Shown one piece after another: positions 1 through 13,467 of a stretch of 64,000 nt of DNA. Source of the stretch: Eledone cirrhosa. Its lineage: Eukaryota. A program made the position numbers and the translations under genes. Each line of letters opens with the position of its first letter. Position 1 is the first letter of the stretch. Where the stretch lies: positions 264,244,001 through 264,308,000 of the forward strand of contig OZ024743.1 in assembly GCA_964016885.1 (NCBI GenBank), given 5' to 3'. The notes beneath the pieces were generated by a model. It was not told the DNA's origin. It was given only the letters and a program-made list of their open reading frames with translations, and did no database searches.

Positions 1-2500
1 CACGACCATCACCCGTGAACAGCTCGACTCCTTTCTCTCCATCCTCTGCTTCTTCCACCCCTCCCTCCAATTCACCACCTCTATCTCCACCACCCACGTC
101 CACTTCTTGGATATCTCCGTCGCCATGGACCCCTCCCACCACTCCCGCGTCATCTTCCCCTTATTCAAACCCACCGACCCCCATTCCTACCTAGACTTCA
201 CCTCCTCCAACCCAACCCTCACCAAACACTCCATTCCCTACTCCCGAATCATCCGGATCCGCCGCTTCTGCAGCCGAGATGCTGACTTCGAGACTCAGCC
301 ATATCTCCCGGAGTGGTTACCTCCTTCCCTCGTCCACGCCACCCTCACTCGCGCCCACGTAGCCCACCGCTCTACCGCCCTCACTCAACGCCCTCGCACC
401 CCCAACCGCCATCTCCCTTTCCCCCTCACCTACTACCCATGCACCATATCCATCCCCTGCACCATCCTCCGCCTTTTCCGACGCCTCCAGTCGGACCCCT
501 CCACCTCCCCATCTTCCTATCCCCACCATCTCCTTTAAACACGCGCGCAACCGTCGCAACCTCCTCGTCCGCAACTCTCTACCCCTCAATCACCGTTCCT
601 GCGTCACCTCCGCTGCACCTCCTTCAACCTCGTATACGGACTTCGCTGCACGGCGTGCAGCGCAACCTTCGTCGAACAGAGCGGACGTCACCTGGCGGAT
701 TAGTTCACGGAGCACCTCGGAGATATTCATCTCGGCGGGTGTTCCGCCATCGCCCGCCACTTTGGTTCCTCTGGACATTCCGCCCACCAGCTAACGGTCT
801 GTGACCTGATCCAATGTCATGGGACCCCCGCCACCCGCCTTACGGTCGAGCAACACACCATCTTCACCCTACAGACCCCCCCCCCTGGCCTGAACTCCCG
901 ATCCCTCTTCCTTTAGCCTTCGACCTTGCCCCTCCCCTATACACACCCCCTTCTAACACCACTAAAACCTTCCTAATTTTCACCGTCCCCTCCACTTTCA
1001 GCTACCCTCCTACCCCCTTGGCCCACCCCACAAATAATACTACTAACACCCACCACCCTCTTGGCCCATCCACAACTAATAATACTAACACCCCACCCCT
1101 CCCCATATCACATGCGCACCCACACCCTCACATGCACACCCCCACCAATACATATATACACACATTCACACTATTAACACACCCTACTGCCACCATTAAC
1201 CCCCACCCACACATCCACATCCGACCACCCCACCTCTAATAATACTAAACATCCCCCAACCCACTTCCCCCTCACCACACACACACACGAACACACACCT
1301 TCACACATACACTCACCCGCACTCACGTACACACCGATACAATACCCACTCTACACCCACACTATCAACATTAACCGCCACTCACACACCCGCATTCAAC
1401 CCCCCCCCCCAATAATAGTAACACCCATTCTAGTAACACACACTCATACCCAAACACGCACACACAGAGTACATTACACTCACTGTCCGCAGCCCCTTCT
1501 TTCTCTCTCCCTCACTCCGCACTACCGACACTCATCCCACTAACACGTCCACTAATATACACACAAACCCCCCACTAACCCTAACCCTAACCCTCTTCCT
1601 CAACCTTTCACACATACCCATCCCCTCCCTTGTCCGCCGCACCTCCGCACACAGGTACACATATTTCCCACCACATACAGACCATCTCTAACACCTGTCC
1701 GTCTGCCTCCTCCCTACACTACCTGCTTGTCACCTTCTTACTGCTATCTCTACCTCCCTCCCCCAACAATCGTCCTGCCTTCACCCTCTGACCACTTTCT
1801 GTTGCTCGCGCACCCCACAACTCTCTACTTCCTCAATATTATACCTAGTATTCTACACCACCGGCCCACCACTCCAGTCATCCACCTTGCTATACTCGGA
1901 ATTTTCAACATCAATTCCTAAACTTTGCGGAAAAACATCGAACAACAGAACAAACGCTTACACTATTTTCGCATACACATAATCATACATCCACACCACA
2001 CAAAAACACACACACACGTGCGTATCCTCACATACACACACTCGGCCTCCGGACTCCAAACACACCATCTCCATCCACACGCACACACACACACTGAGTT
2101 ACACACCACCACATATACACACTGGTTTCCCTATTACCCGAAAATGGAACCTCGTTCTTCCCCAAACTCTCACATTCACATTCACACATACAGACACACA
2201 CACGTACACATACACACATACACACATCACATTCTGCCCTCCCCGCTCGGACCACCTGTCTCCCTCTCCCCTCTCCGCCTTCCATCCACCCACCACACCC
2301 ACACGCCTCACACCCTTTTACCACTTATTTAATTTTAATTTTTTTTAGCCTCGTCTTTTATCTCCCCCTTTAATGTCTTTCCACCCCTCTCACACCCACG
2401 CAACTCTTGTCCTTCCCGCGTTTCTCCTGATGAAGGACTTATGCTCGAAACGTCATCCCACATCCCCTCTCTCAAGCGTAAACCTAATACTAATATATTT
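1..2500 (+). mobile_element. Decayed Penelope-like element (Neptune/Poseidon-like), 3' part: RT thumb, GIY-YIG remnant and C/A-rich 3' UTR
   Basis: Translation DISV..FKPTDPHSYLDFTSSNPTLTKHSIPYSRIIRIRRFCS is a PLE thumb motif. Another frame near 620-725 reads TSFNLVYGLRCTACSATFVEQSGRHLAD*FTEHLGDI (GIY-YIG). A minimal hammerhead-like motif lies at 2427-2454. Confidence 0.85.
2427..2454 (+). ncRNA. Minimal hammerhead-like motif (probably decayed)
   Basis: CTGATGA-aggacttatgctc-GAAACGTC with palindromic ACGT; stem I does not pair well. Confidence 0.5.
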
Positions 2501-2553
2501 ATATATGTTTACATATATAAACGTTTATTTATATGTGTGTATGTGTATGTGTT

Positions 2554-2593
<40 letters not shown>

Positions 2594-2979
2594 TATATGC
2601 ATATATGTTTGTGTATGTTTATGTTTGTATGTATGTCCTTGTACCTTTATATATATATATAAATATATATATATATATGTATAGGTATGTATGTATATGT
2701 GAGTGTAAGTATATATGTGTGTACTTGCGTGAATGTGTATATATATATATATATATATATATTTCTATTTAGCCCTCTTATGTAATTTTTTTGTTTTTGT
2801 CAAACAATATGTTTATGTATAAGTTGCGCGCGTGTGCCAACGTGTGTTCGTAGTTAAACTTTACTATTTTTGTGTTTATTTTTATGTTTATACATTTTCC
2901 CTGTCTGGTTATTTAGATACTTACATCCTAAATTTTGCTTATGTTAGTATATTTTATATGTGTGTGCAAGCATGTAATT

Positions 2980-3069
<90 letters not shown>

Positions 3070-3078
<9 letters not shown>

Positions 3079-4566
3079 ACTGAGGATGTCTGTCTGTGTG
3101 TGTGTGAGTTTGAATCCCTAAAACTCGAGAAGAACCCAAACGACTATTTTCAAACTTTACACATGTAATACTTATGTTTCAGGGAGTGTTCTGAGCAACA
3201 CAATTTCAAAGTTTCAATGCCCAAGGGACCGCATTAGGCGATTTAGCGACCTCTCTCTATAATTCTTAATCTTTCTCTTTTTAGATAGATACATACATAT
3301 AACGTCGTGCCCATATAATATCTGTCTGTATGTCTGTCTGTCTGCCATACGTTACTTCCCACAATTCCCTCTTTGTCTAGAACACGCCCTTACAATATAT
3401 GTCTGTATATTCTGATTCATTCTAAAGGCTACCACTGGAAGCAACCGCAACACCCTCCAAATGTCGGGGAACGCAGTCAAAGTCCGTATTAAGGGCTTCA
3501 AGTGAACTCTCACATGGCCCCTTTTAGGCCCACCACTTGAAATTGTTGATGGTTACCCCTCCCTATTGGGGTATCAGTGAACGGCTTACACGGCCCCTTT
3601 TTAGGGCCTTTCAAATAGCTAATGGCGACCCTTTCGTTTAGGGGTCCCAGTGAACACGCACACGCCTCGGGGCCCATTTTATTGCACCATTCCTCTTTAA
3701 ATTTGTTAAATTATACCCACAGTTTGGTAAACGTTTGTCCAGTTCCGTTTACTTACTAAGGTGCGGTGGACTCCTTCGAGAAGGCTCCACATGCTGTCCG
3801 ATTGCACGTCATGCCTTGCTCAAGCATTGCAGACTTCCATCTGACATAAGTGGTGACATCTGTCCTGCTGACTCATGCCACTTTACTAAAGTACAAAAGC
3901 ACCAAGCCGATTTTCTCCACGTGGTAGGAGAAGCATACCTAATACTAATTGCATCAGAATATTCGGTTTATTTTCTTTACTTATTTCCAGGCATGCAGTT
4001 TTTCCACGATTAGGTCTGTTGACGGCCCGCATTATGTTTCAGCGAGTGTTATGCACATAACAAATTCAACTTTTTGGTCCCCTAGTGCGCGCATTAGGTG
4101 AAAAACTGCGTTTCTTCAGCTTTTTAGGTGTATTTTGAGGCGTTACGTCAGACCAATTTTCTTGAAATTGTAACTATGTATTAGTCAGTCTCTTCTTCAT
4201 ACCGTGAGCAAAGAAAATCCAACTTTTTTTATGGATTAGGGCCAGCATTAGGTGAACAACTTCATTTTTTTTAGCTTTTTAGGGCTTTTTTTCGGTGTTA
4301 CGTTTAGCCGATTTTTTCGAAATTACAAGGCATATTATGCACATTAAAAAAAATTCATTTTCTTGATGCCCTAGGGCCCGCATTAGGTGAAAACCTGCAT
4401 TTTTCCTGCTTCATTGAGGAAAATCTTAAAGATTATCTAGCCATCAGAGTATTCGGTTTATTTTCTTTACATATTGTCGAGGCATGTAGTTATTCCAGGA
4501 TTAGGTCTGTTGGCGGCCCCCGTTCCAAAGTAACTTATCCCGTGCAATGTCGTGTACCACTGTTAG
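3070..4566 (+). mobile_element. Non-autonomous Helitron with internal tandem repeats
   Basis: 5' end tatatataactgaggatgtctgtctg. The 3' end cccgtgcaatgtcgtgtaccactgTTAG|t resembles the Helitron 3' end at 47872-47900. Internal ~140-bp repeats carry gcattaggtgaa (about 4090, 4246, 4380). The 5' 240 bp recur inverted at 11460-11697. Confidence 0.7.
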
Positions 4567-4641
4567 TATGATAGGAAAATGTTTAACCCCGACGGCAGAG
4601 CTCAAGCCGTTTCAACGGCTATTTCTGTATATATATGTACA

Positions 4642-4711
<70 letters not shown>

Positions 4712-4781
4712 TATGTGTGTGTGTGTGCGTGTGTATATGTATATGAATATGTACGTGTGTATATATGTATTTATGTATATA

Positions 4782-5330
4782 TCTCGGGTCGCTCTTGAGT
4801 GCTACTGGTAACATGTAACCCAGTACAACCTGTCGCATGGTCGGGTTGTCGGCGACTAAACCGACAACCCCACCAAGTTTACTCGGTGAGGAGGGGGATT
4901 TTGGACACCCTGCAGAACAAAAAACAAATCCTGACAAAGGGCGGAAGAACTCATAAGAGTCAACAGCCATGCCAAAGTGTGTAAATATGTATATACACAT
5001 GTACCGCGCGGTTAAACCACTGGGAGTGAAGGACCCCTAACCTTTTTCAGGCCATTCTTCTAGAGAAGGCAACTCAGGAAACTGGAATAACTCTGAGATC
5101 AAACCTGCGGCTCAGTAGTTAGCGATGGTTTTGATCTTTTCTTCTTTTCGGGTTATAGCTACTGTCACTCAGAGAGTGGGATTGGCTCAGTGCACACTCT
5201 TTCCTCACTTAAAAAAAATATCTTCACGCACAGGCCATTGAACGATAGAATTAATAATTTTTAATAATGGTATATCGTGCAATGGCCATACTCGATAACG
5301 AGCGGGCAGCCATCATGTCACATCATGCAT
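4782..5330 (+). mobile_element. Probable bipartite (5' UTR + 3' end) non-autonomous RTE derivative
   Basis: RTE 5'-UTR-like ctagagaaggcaactc...ctctgagatcaaacc. The 3' end gccatactcgataacgagcgggcagccatcatg matches the 3' end of the RTE fragment at 48485-48530 (minus strand). Confidence 0.5.
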
Positions 5331-5373
5331 ATATGTATGTATATATGAGTGTACATGTACGTATGTTTATGTG

Positions 5374-5435
<62 letters not shown>

Positions 5436-5466
5436 ATTCTATATGTATATATATATATATATATAT

Positions 5467-6792
5467 AAGCAGAAAAGATATTCAATTTGTTGGTAATTCA
5501 ACAAATATAAATGTTTATAACTGAGTCAGAGCACTCGACAGTTTTTCTGGAGTAAACATTCAATGATATTAAATAAATGAAATTAATACATGACAAAAAA
5601 TTCATTCAAATGGATATTGCAATTTACAACTCCTCTATTACTCCTAGTTCACTTCATAAGGCTCTTATCTACGCATCTAAACATACAGACCTATCTAGTG
5701 ATGAAATGAATATAATTCTAACAGCACGGAAAATATTAATAGAATTCAATAATTATCTGTGGACAAAAGCCGATAGAAAAAATAATTTTCATATCACTAT
5801 CTGACTCGGCGCAAATAACGGATCTTGTTGGTTTATTTATTAATAATGCACTGCATAGGAAAATGCCAGAGATGACCGGTGGTTTATATCCTGAAGATAT
5901 GCTGCTTTTAATTGAAAAACCATAGTAATTGTGAAATTAATAGGAAAAGAAAATCCATAATACTATTCTTCAATAACTACAACCTTAAGTTAGAAATAGA
6001 GAATAACTATAAAATCATTAACTTCTTAGACGTAAGTTTAACCTTAGCATAGATCTTTACTATCCTTTCCATAAAATTAACGAAAATGTAAATTACGTAA
6101 ATTTTAACTCTAATCATCCTAGAAGTATTAATTAAACTATTGTCAATAGTGTCCAACAACGCAACTCTGCTAATAAGAATATTTTTGAGGATAAGGCTGA
6201 ATATTATAATGAAGCTTTAAATAGAGCAGGATATTCGAATAAAATTAAATACATTGATAACAATAACATGGCAAATCACCCTAGTATTAATTATAATTAT
6301 AATAAGCAATTTAAATTTTTAAGTAATTATCTTATTAAAATATTGTAGTAGGCTACAATATTTTAATAAGATAAATACTGACAAATTTAATTCTCCATAT
6401 AAGTATAATATAGGTAAATATTCAAATATTTTCTTCCCCCAAATTAACGTAAATATGTGGTCTTCTTTTCTTTTTCTTTTTCTTCCTTTTTCTTTCTCTC
6501 CTAATAATACAAACATATATCTAAATTCTCCATAGCGTCTAAAATAACGGTTTTTCAATTATATACCTCAACCTCATTTACATATTCATTAGCATACTCA
6601 TCCTAACAATTTTAAATCCACTATCCAAGGAATAGTTCAACTGATAAAGTATGTTCCTTGGCTATGTCAAAATATATAAAACACCCTTTGTATTTTACCT
6701 CATGAAAGCGTACCAAAGTTTTTGGTACCCTTGAAATATATATAATAGAATATATATGGTTTTATAAATATAGTTTCCATTTATTTAATATA

Positions 6793-6797
<5 letters not shown>
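5467..6797 (+). mobile_element. Decayed AT-rich PLE (family C): inverted tail arm 5467-5587, RT remnant about 5590-6260, 3' terminal repeat to 6797
   Basis: KKFIQMDIAIYNSSIT..IILTARK..DSAQITDLVGLF..GGLY..EALNRAGY is homologous to the 38426 ORF, with stops and frameshifts. Segment 5560-5587 is inverted relative to 6770-6797. Confidence 0.85.
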
Positions 6798-6871
<74 letters not shown>

Positions 6872-7260
6872 TTATTATTTTTCCCCATTACATTACGTTC
6901 TATTTTTTCCCGTTATTTTATTTTGTTTTATATTATATATCAGCCGCGCTTTCAATTGTTTTAGACTTTGCTTTTAAATTCATATCTTACATCCATATCA
7001 AATAAAATTTCATTTGATGTGTCGAGCTCATCAGTCTTCGTGAAGCCTTTGGTAAATGGAATAATTGTCGCATGTTGTTTATTACATAGCTATATATATA
7101 TATACATGAGCGAGTGTGTGTGTGTATATAAATAAATATATATATATATAGTAATAATAATAAATTTGAAGACTAAAATCCAAAGAGGGCTCGATAAGGA
7201 TAAATATATATCAAATATATAAGAACCGTAGAGCAAATATTTATTAAAATAACAGATTAA

Positions 7261-7311
7261 AGTTTAAGCAAAGAATCGCTGCTTTCACCCTTAACGGGAT
7301 CTTCTGAAACT
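7261..7311 (-). ncRNA. Type I hammerhead ribozyme, U4A core variant (inverted repeat copy)
   Basis: Exact reverse complement of 10414-10464. Confidence 0.65.
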
Positions 7312-7591
7312 AACAAAGTCAATCTGTAAACGCAGAACTGGATATTTCAAAAAACGTTGCAACCGGAGGAGGACAGGAAGACGATACTTTGGTTCGCGGA
7401 AACGTTCGCTGGCTAAGAACAGGAAAAAACGAATATAATACGTCATTAATAAGAGCGGTGAAAAACAATTACGCGCAAAGACAGAACCACGTTTATGGTA
7501 TAAAAGAGGTCGTAGACTAATGTTCTCTTAGGTGGTGCATAGAGACGTTCTCTGGCAATGAACGAAAAAAACGAAGATAATACGTCATATG

Positions 7592-9462
7592 GTATCAAAT
7601 TTCGGAATAGGAGCAATTCCTTCCAGCAAGACCTGAAGAATAGAATTCGTTCTATTAAGGATTCTAATGCCGTGCACGTCCATCCCGACAAAACTGGCAA
7701 CCTATATCAAGTGGAGCGCAGTACTTACCATCAACTACTACATAATGCTGTAACTAAGGATTACCGTAAAACTAATCGGTGCGTCATCAATGAAATCAAC
7801 GATGCTGGGTTTAAAATCACATCTGATCTCAACATCCTGGACCGGACCGAACCTCTGGACCCTATTTCTCCCCACTTTACCCTGAACGATCACAAATCCA
7901 ACTTTCCGAACAACCCCTCTATTCGGCTTATTAACCCTACGAAGTCCGATTTAGGTAGACTTAGTAAGACGATTCTTGATAGAATTATACCTGAAATTAG
8001 AAGTTTGGCCCCTCTTGCACTGTGGTACAATTCCTTCGCGGTGATTGATTGGTTCAACGGCATATGTAACAAGGAACATTGCCGTTTTATCCAATTCGAC
8101 ATCAACAATTACTACTCCTCCATCACTTTATACCACTTCTCGTTAGAGCTATCAATTTCGCTAAAACACTCACAGTGGTTAAGGATTTCGAAGTTGATGT
8201 CATCCTCAATGCCCGAAAGTCGGTGATTAATTTCGACGACTCTATTTGGATTAGAAAATCCAATAGCACCCCATTCGACGTGAGTATGGACGCTAGTGAT
8301 TCTGCGGAGGTTTTTGATCTTATCGGCCTTTTCCTTCTTTTCTCTATCAAGGACGAATTCCCCAACGCGGGCGGTGGTTTGTACCGTGACGATGGTCTTT
8401 TGACCATGACTAAGTGCGGCCCACGTGCTTGCGACAGGTTCAGAAAAGAACTCACAGCCTTCTTTAAAGGCTTCAACCTCTCTATACAGGTTGAGGCCAA
8501 TCTCTCGGTCGTTAATTACCTTGACGTTACCCTGAACTTATTGAATGGGTTGTATTACCCGTATAGAAAGCCGAATGATACGCTTAATTACATAAGTAAG
8601 CATTCCAACCATCCTGCCAGCATAACCAAGAACCTGGTAAGAAACGTTTCGTTGAGGCTTTCCCGTCTTTCCACCAACGAGTGTATTTTCAACGACCATT
8701 CCACTTATTACAATGACGCTCTTGCTCGAAGTGGATTTGTCGATAAGGTAGCATATACAGAGTACGAAAATAGATCTAGAAGAAATACATCCCGTCGCAT
8801 TTGTTGGTATAAACCACCATATAATATGGAGGTGGCCACACCATTAGCTAAGATCTTTCTTTCCCTTATTACGAAGCATTTTCCCCCTACACATAAATAT
8901 AGTAAAATTTTTAATAGAAATACTATTAAAATTTCTTACTCTACGACTCCTAACCTTGCACACAACATCACAGCTTCAAATTTAACTAAACTACCTAGCC
9001 GTAGGAATACGTGCAACCCTGTAGTTAGTACTAACTGTAATTGTAGGAATCGGGTTGATTGTCCCCTATCCGGGAAATGCCTCTCTAGTAACATTGTCTA
9101 CAAATGTAAGGTTGTAACACCCACGTCCCGTAGGGCCTACATGGGGTTAACTGCCAATAGATTCAAGCAGCGTCTTTACATGCATACCCATTCTTTTCGT
9201 TACCCTCTAAGAAGGAATATGACGTCACTTTCAGCTTATATCTGGAGTCTAAAAGACAACCACACCCAATTTAAGTTACACTGGGAGATCCTAGCTAGGG
9301 CTAGATCGTATAACGGAAATAAAAGACCATGTGACCTCTGCGCCGCTGAGGCCCTGGAAATACTCTACGCCACGACCATCTCTTAAACAAAAGATCTGAG
9401 GCAATTTCGGCTTGTAAACATAAATTGCACAAAACTTTCCTGTATTACAGCCCCACGTTATA
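7592..9462 (+). pseudogene. PLE reverse transcriptase / GIY-YIG endonuclease, frameshifted (about 8130 and 9370)
   Basis: Motifs DKTGNLY, RLINPTKSDLG, FIQFDI, GLYRDDGL, YLDVTL, WYKPPY, CNCRNRVDCPLSGKC, IVYKC...YMG, CDLCAAE. Confidence 0.93.
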
Positions 9463-10413
9463 ACCTAACAGATAGTACGATCTATACGTGGATATTTTAC
9501 GTCTCGATGTGGGAGCTAAGTATATGTTTTATTTATACCTTTACTTATTTGCATAGGTAAGTATATATTATCCGTATGTTTTGTGAAGGTACGTATACTT
9601 TCTCGTACGTATATTTGATTGTTATGGCCTATAACATTTTTTTATATATTCTGGTACATATGGTTCGGCTCTGTGTATACGGGAGTTTTGCGTCTGTGTG
9701 AGTATGCAGGTTCGTACGTATGTAGGGCGTGTGTATATTTGTACTTCATGTTTTGGTTGACTTACGTCTCCGAACATTCGTGTATTTACATGTAGGTATG
9801 TGTGTGCGCTTGTTATATACGTATTCATTTATTTATTTATATACGTTTATATAATTATTTATTTATTTGTATACACACTTACACACACACACATATTTAT
9901 ATGTGCGTGGTTTTGTTTACCTATGGTAAGTTTTTGGGTATGCTTGTGTATGTACGTTTTTGTTTGCGTGTATGTATTTATTTATTTCTATTACTTCTGG
10001 ATTGTATTTATTTACTTTGTTATTAACTCTGTAGCGGAGATTCATTCAGTCTCCTAGTTAGAATTTAGTCTACGACTTCTTCTATACCATTTACGTGGTT
10101 TTGTCTTTGCGTGCTATTGATCTCCACGCTCCACATATGACGTAATATCTTCGTTTTTTTCGTTCATTGCCAGAGAACGTCTCTATGCACCACCTAAGAG
10201 AACATTAGTCTACAACCTCTTTTATACCATAAACGTGGTTCTGTCTTTGCGCGTAATTGTTTTTCACCGCTCCTATTAATGACGTATTATATTCGTTTTT
10301 TCCTGTTCTTAGCCAGCGAACGTCTCCACGAACCAAAGTATCGTCTTCCTGTCCTCCTCCGGTTGCAACGTTTTTTTAAATATCCAGTTCTGCGTTTACA
10401 GATTGACTTTGTT

Positions 10414-10464
10414 AGTTTCAGAAGATCCCGTTAAGGGTGAAAGCAGCGATTCTTTGCTTAAACT
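10414..10464 (+). ncRNA. Type I hammerhead ribozyme, U4A core variant
   Basis: AGTTT-CAGAAGA-tCCC gttaa GGGt-GAA-AGCA gcgattctt TGCT-T-AAACT. All three stems pair; the predicted cleavage triplet is CUU. Confidence 0.65.
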
Positions 10465-10479
10465 TTAATCTGTTATTTT

Positions 10480-10526
<47 letters not shown>

Positions 10527-11351
10527 AAAACGGCCGGAAACTTCCGAAGTCGTTGTATATGATTTACATAGTAAGCTATGTACTTAAGTCGAAGGTAGGC
10601 TGTAAATAAAATAAGTGAACCTCAATATACTTACGTACCGTAATTATAAATCGTTATTATCACCGTATAAGTTTGGTTGGTTGGGCGCATACATGAATGC
10701 ATACATACGCATACACATATATACATTACATACATATAAATACATATACATTCACACACATACATGAGTGCATACATATATGCACACGCATAGGCATATG
10801 TACAATTACATACATATAAATACATATACATTTACTCACATACATGAGTGCATACATACATATATAGATATACATACATACGTACACACACATATACACA
10901 GATACACATACATACGTAAGTACATACATAGATATATACATACATGTATCTACATATACACACATAAATACATATATACACATATACTTACAAACCTACA
11001 TACATAGGCACTTAAACTCAAATAAACATACACATATACATACATAAATACACACATACATATATACACACACATACATATACACAACATTTTCCTATAA
11101 TGTATATCTCCTTATAATATATAACCAGCAATTTCTCTGTCTGTCCGACGCGTAGAGAGAGAGTGAGAGGGAAAGAAAGAGACATACTACAAGAGGGGGA
11201 TAGCGGGAGGGAGAGAGAGAGACGCTGGATGAGGGGAAGGAAAGCTATGTCTTGCTGTCTGCATTACGATACATATATATATACACACACACACTGAGCG
11301 CGTCATAATGACGTAATGAAGAGAGCCAGACATACAGACATATATTATAAG

Positions 11352-11460
11352 GGCGCCGAGGTTAACTTTGCCTTTCATCCTTACAGGGTCGATAAAATAA
11401 CGTACCAGTAATGTACTGGGTAATTGCTGGCCTTGTGCCTAAAGTAGAAACAATTATTAG
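11352..11460 (+). mobile_element. SINE fragment (Meta-domain type)
   Basis: gccgaggttaactttgcctttcatccttacagggtcgataaaataacgtaccag; also present at 35670-35820 and 53980-54150. Confidence 0.75.
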
Positions 11461-11900
11461 GGCGCAACGTTATATCTATGTATCTATCTAAAAAGAAAGA
11501 CTAAGAATTATATAGAGAGAACGCTAAATCGCTTAATGCGGTCCCTAGGGCATTGAAAATTTGAAATAATCTTTGCTCAAAAGACTCACAGGACCATAAG
11601 TATTACATGTCTAAAGTTTGAAAACAATCGGTTGGATGGTTCTCAAATTTTAGTGAGCTGACAGACAGACAGACATTCTCTGTTTTAGATATATAGACTA
11701 GCAGAAAACCGCCCACGTGTGGTTTTCTGCTAGTCTCTCTCTATATAAAATTCTTCGTTTCTCTCTCTGTCTGTCTGTTCCTATGCATTCTCTAACGGCT
11801 GGAGCAAATCAAATACATTTTAGAAGGTTAATAGTATTAGAGCACAGGAGTTCAACATGTAATTTTTATTTTCATTTAGATTAAAACAATATAAGATTTT
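11460..11900. mobile_element. Two divergently oriented non-autonomous Helitron 5' ends joined by a palindromic pair of 3' ends
   Basis: 11460-11697 is an inverted homologue of 3070-3312. The arms are agactagcagaaaacc / ggttttctgctagtct (11695-11736), and each CTAG is followed by TCT.T.T. Confidence 0.6.
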
Positions 11901-12468
11901 ATCTAAAAAAATATTTTTATAGTCAACTATGGTAAACCACCACCACCACCTCCATCACAACTCAAATTTTGTATATGGGTGACTATGTGTCTGCGAGTGT
12001 GTGTCCGTGTGCGTTTGTTATGTTTCTTAGGCCTCAGAGAATTAAACACTCACACATCTACACATATATACACATAATGTGTGTGCGTGTATGTGAGAGA
12101 GTGTGTAAGTCTGTGTGTGAGTGTATGTGTGATAAAGTTTATTTTCATTTGGATTAAAACAATAGGACGTCACTTTTGTATATTAATATGTATGTGTATG
12201 TGAGTGTGTGTGTGTTTGCGCGTTCATTAAATACACACAGACATCTACACATACATGAATTACACAACGAATATTGTTTACACTAAGTTGCTTCAAGATT
12301 GACAGGTTTTTTATTTCTGAATTCTCTTATCATTACAATTTTGATATTTTAAAAATAAAATATAGATAATTTGAAATAATTATCAGAAAAAAAACATAAC
12401 TTCATATTTATTGTTGACTAATCTGAATAAGAACAGCAAAATTCGGGCAGCACTCGGTAATTCAGCTA

Positions 12469-12542
<74 letters not shown>

Positions 12543-12725
12543 ATTGCAAACTTGACTGTCACCACAGAATAGGAACCTGAAGATTGCGAAAGCATGAAAG
12601 TACTTGTTCAATTAACACTTAACATATAATATTCTGCCATACTATTTCATTCTAATACCATTATACATTGTAAAGGATTGTAAATAAAACGTGTAAGTCA
12701 GACAAAGTTGGAATTCCTTTTATTA

Positions 12726-12762
<37 letters not shown>

Positions 12763-12768
<6 letters not shown>

Positions 12769-13152
12769 AGAAAAAAAGAGAATCAGTGTTGCGAGGAATG
12801 GAATTTATTGGACATATTACAATCGTTTTTCTGGCGACCAGCTCGAGGCATGATCGATATGATGATCGAACCTGACTCTGAAAATCGCAAGGTCCTCAGA
12901 TACTTCTTGATTCTACGAAACAGATTTTCCTTAGAAAAATCTGCTTCGTAGAATTTCAGAGTCAGGTTCGAACATCACATCGATCATGCCTCGAGGTGGT
13001 CGCCAATGAAACGATTGTAATATGTCCAATAAATTTTATTCGTCGCAACACTGATTCTCTTTTGTTCTATGATATCTTACTCTGCTCTATGAGAGCATCG
13101 AGTGCTCATACGGCCTACCGCATACGGACGCTTTAAGCATCAAACACTAACT
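12763..13152. mobile_element. Fold-back insertion in (TA)n, probably a PLE terminal repeat
   Basis: Inverted arms about 12763-12883 / 12955-13075, an inner hairpin at 12910-12953, and a right-hand tail with the bulged hairpin at 13079-13106. Confidence 0.7.
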
Positions 13153-13359
13153 ATATATATATATAATATATGAATATATATATATTATATATAATATATA
13201 TATATATTATATATAATATATATATATATTATATAATATATATATACATTATATATGAATATATTTATATTATATATAAATATATATATATATTATATAT
13301 AAATACATATAAACATATTATATATAAATATAAATATATTATATATACATATATATATA

Positions 13360-13467
<108 letters not shown>

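Larger units (their letters stand above)
7151..10484 (+). mobile_element. Penelope-like element (Naiad-like), 5'-truncated, with inverted terminal repeat 7241-7591 / 10134-10484
   Basis: Near-identical ~350-bp inverted repeats flank an RT+GIY-YIG region. (TA)n lies on both sides. The left arm carries an extra ~90-nt tail. Confidence 0.95.

Noticed and set aside
1575-1594. (CTAACC)3 telomere-like repeat in a PLE 3' UTR
   Set aside because: Only three units in strongly C/A-biased sequence, so chance is plausible.
6992-7040. Degenerate bulged hairpin on plus, or CTGATGA-gctc-GACAC hammerhead on minus
   Set aside because: The outer stem is only half paired and GAAA is broken; the two readings conflict.
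7558-7591. ATG start of the 222-aa ORF
   Set aside because: It lies in the inverted repeat and is a chance fusion to a 5'-truncated RT.
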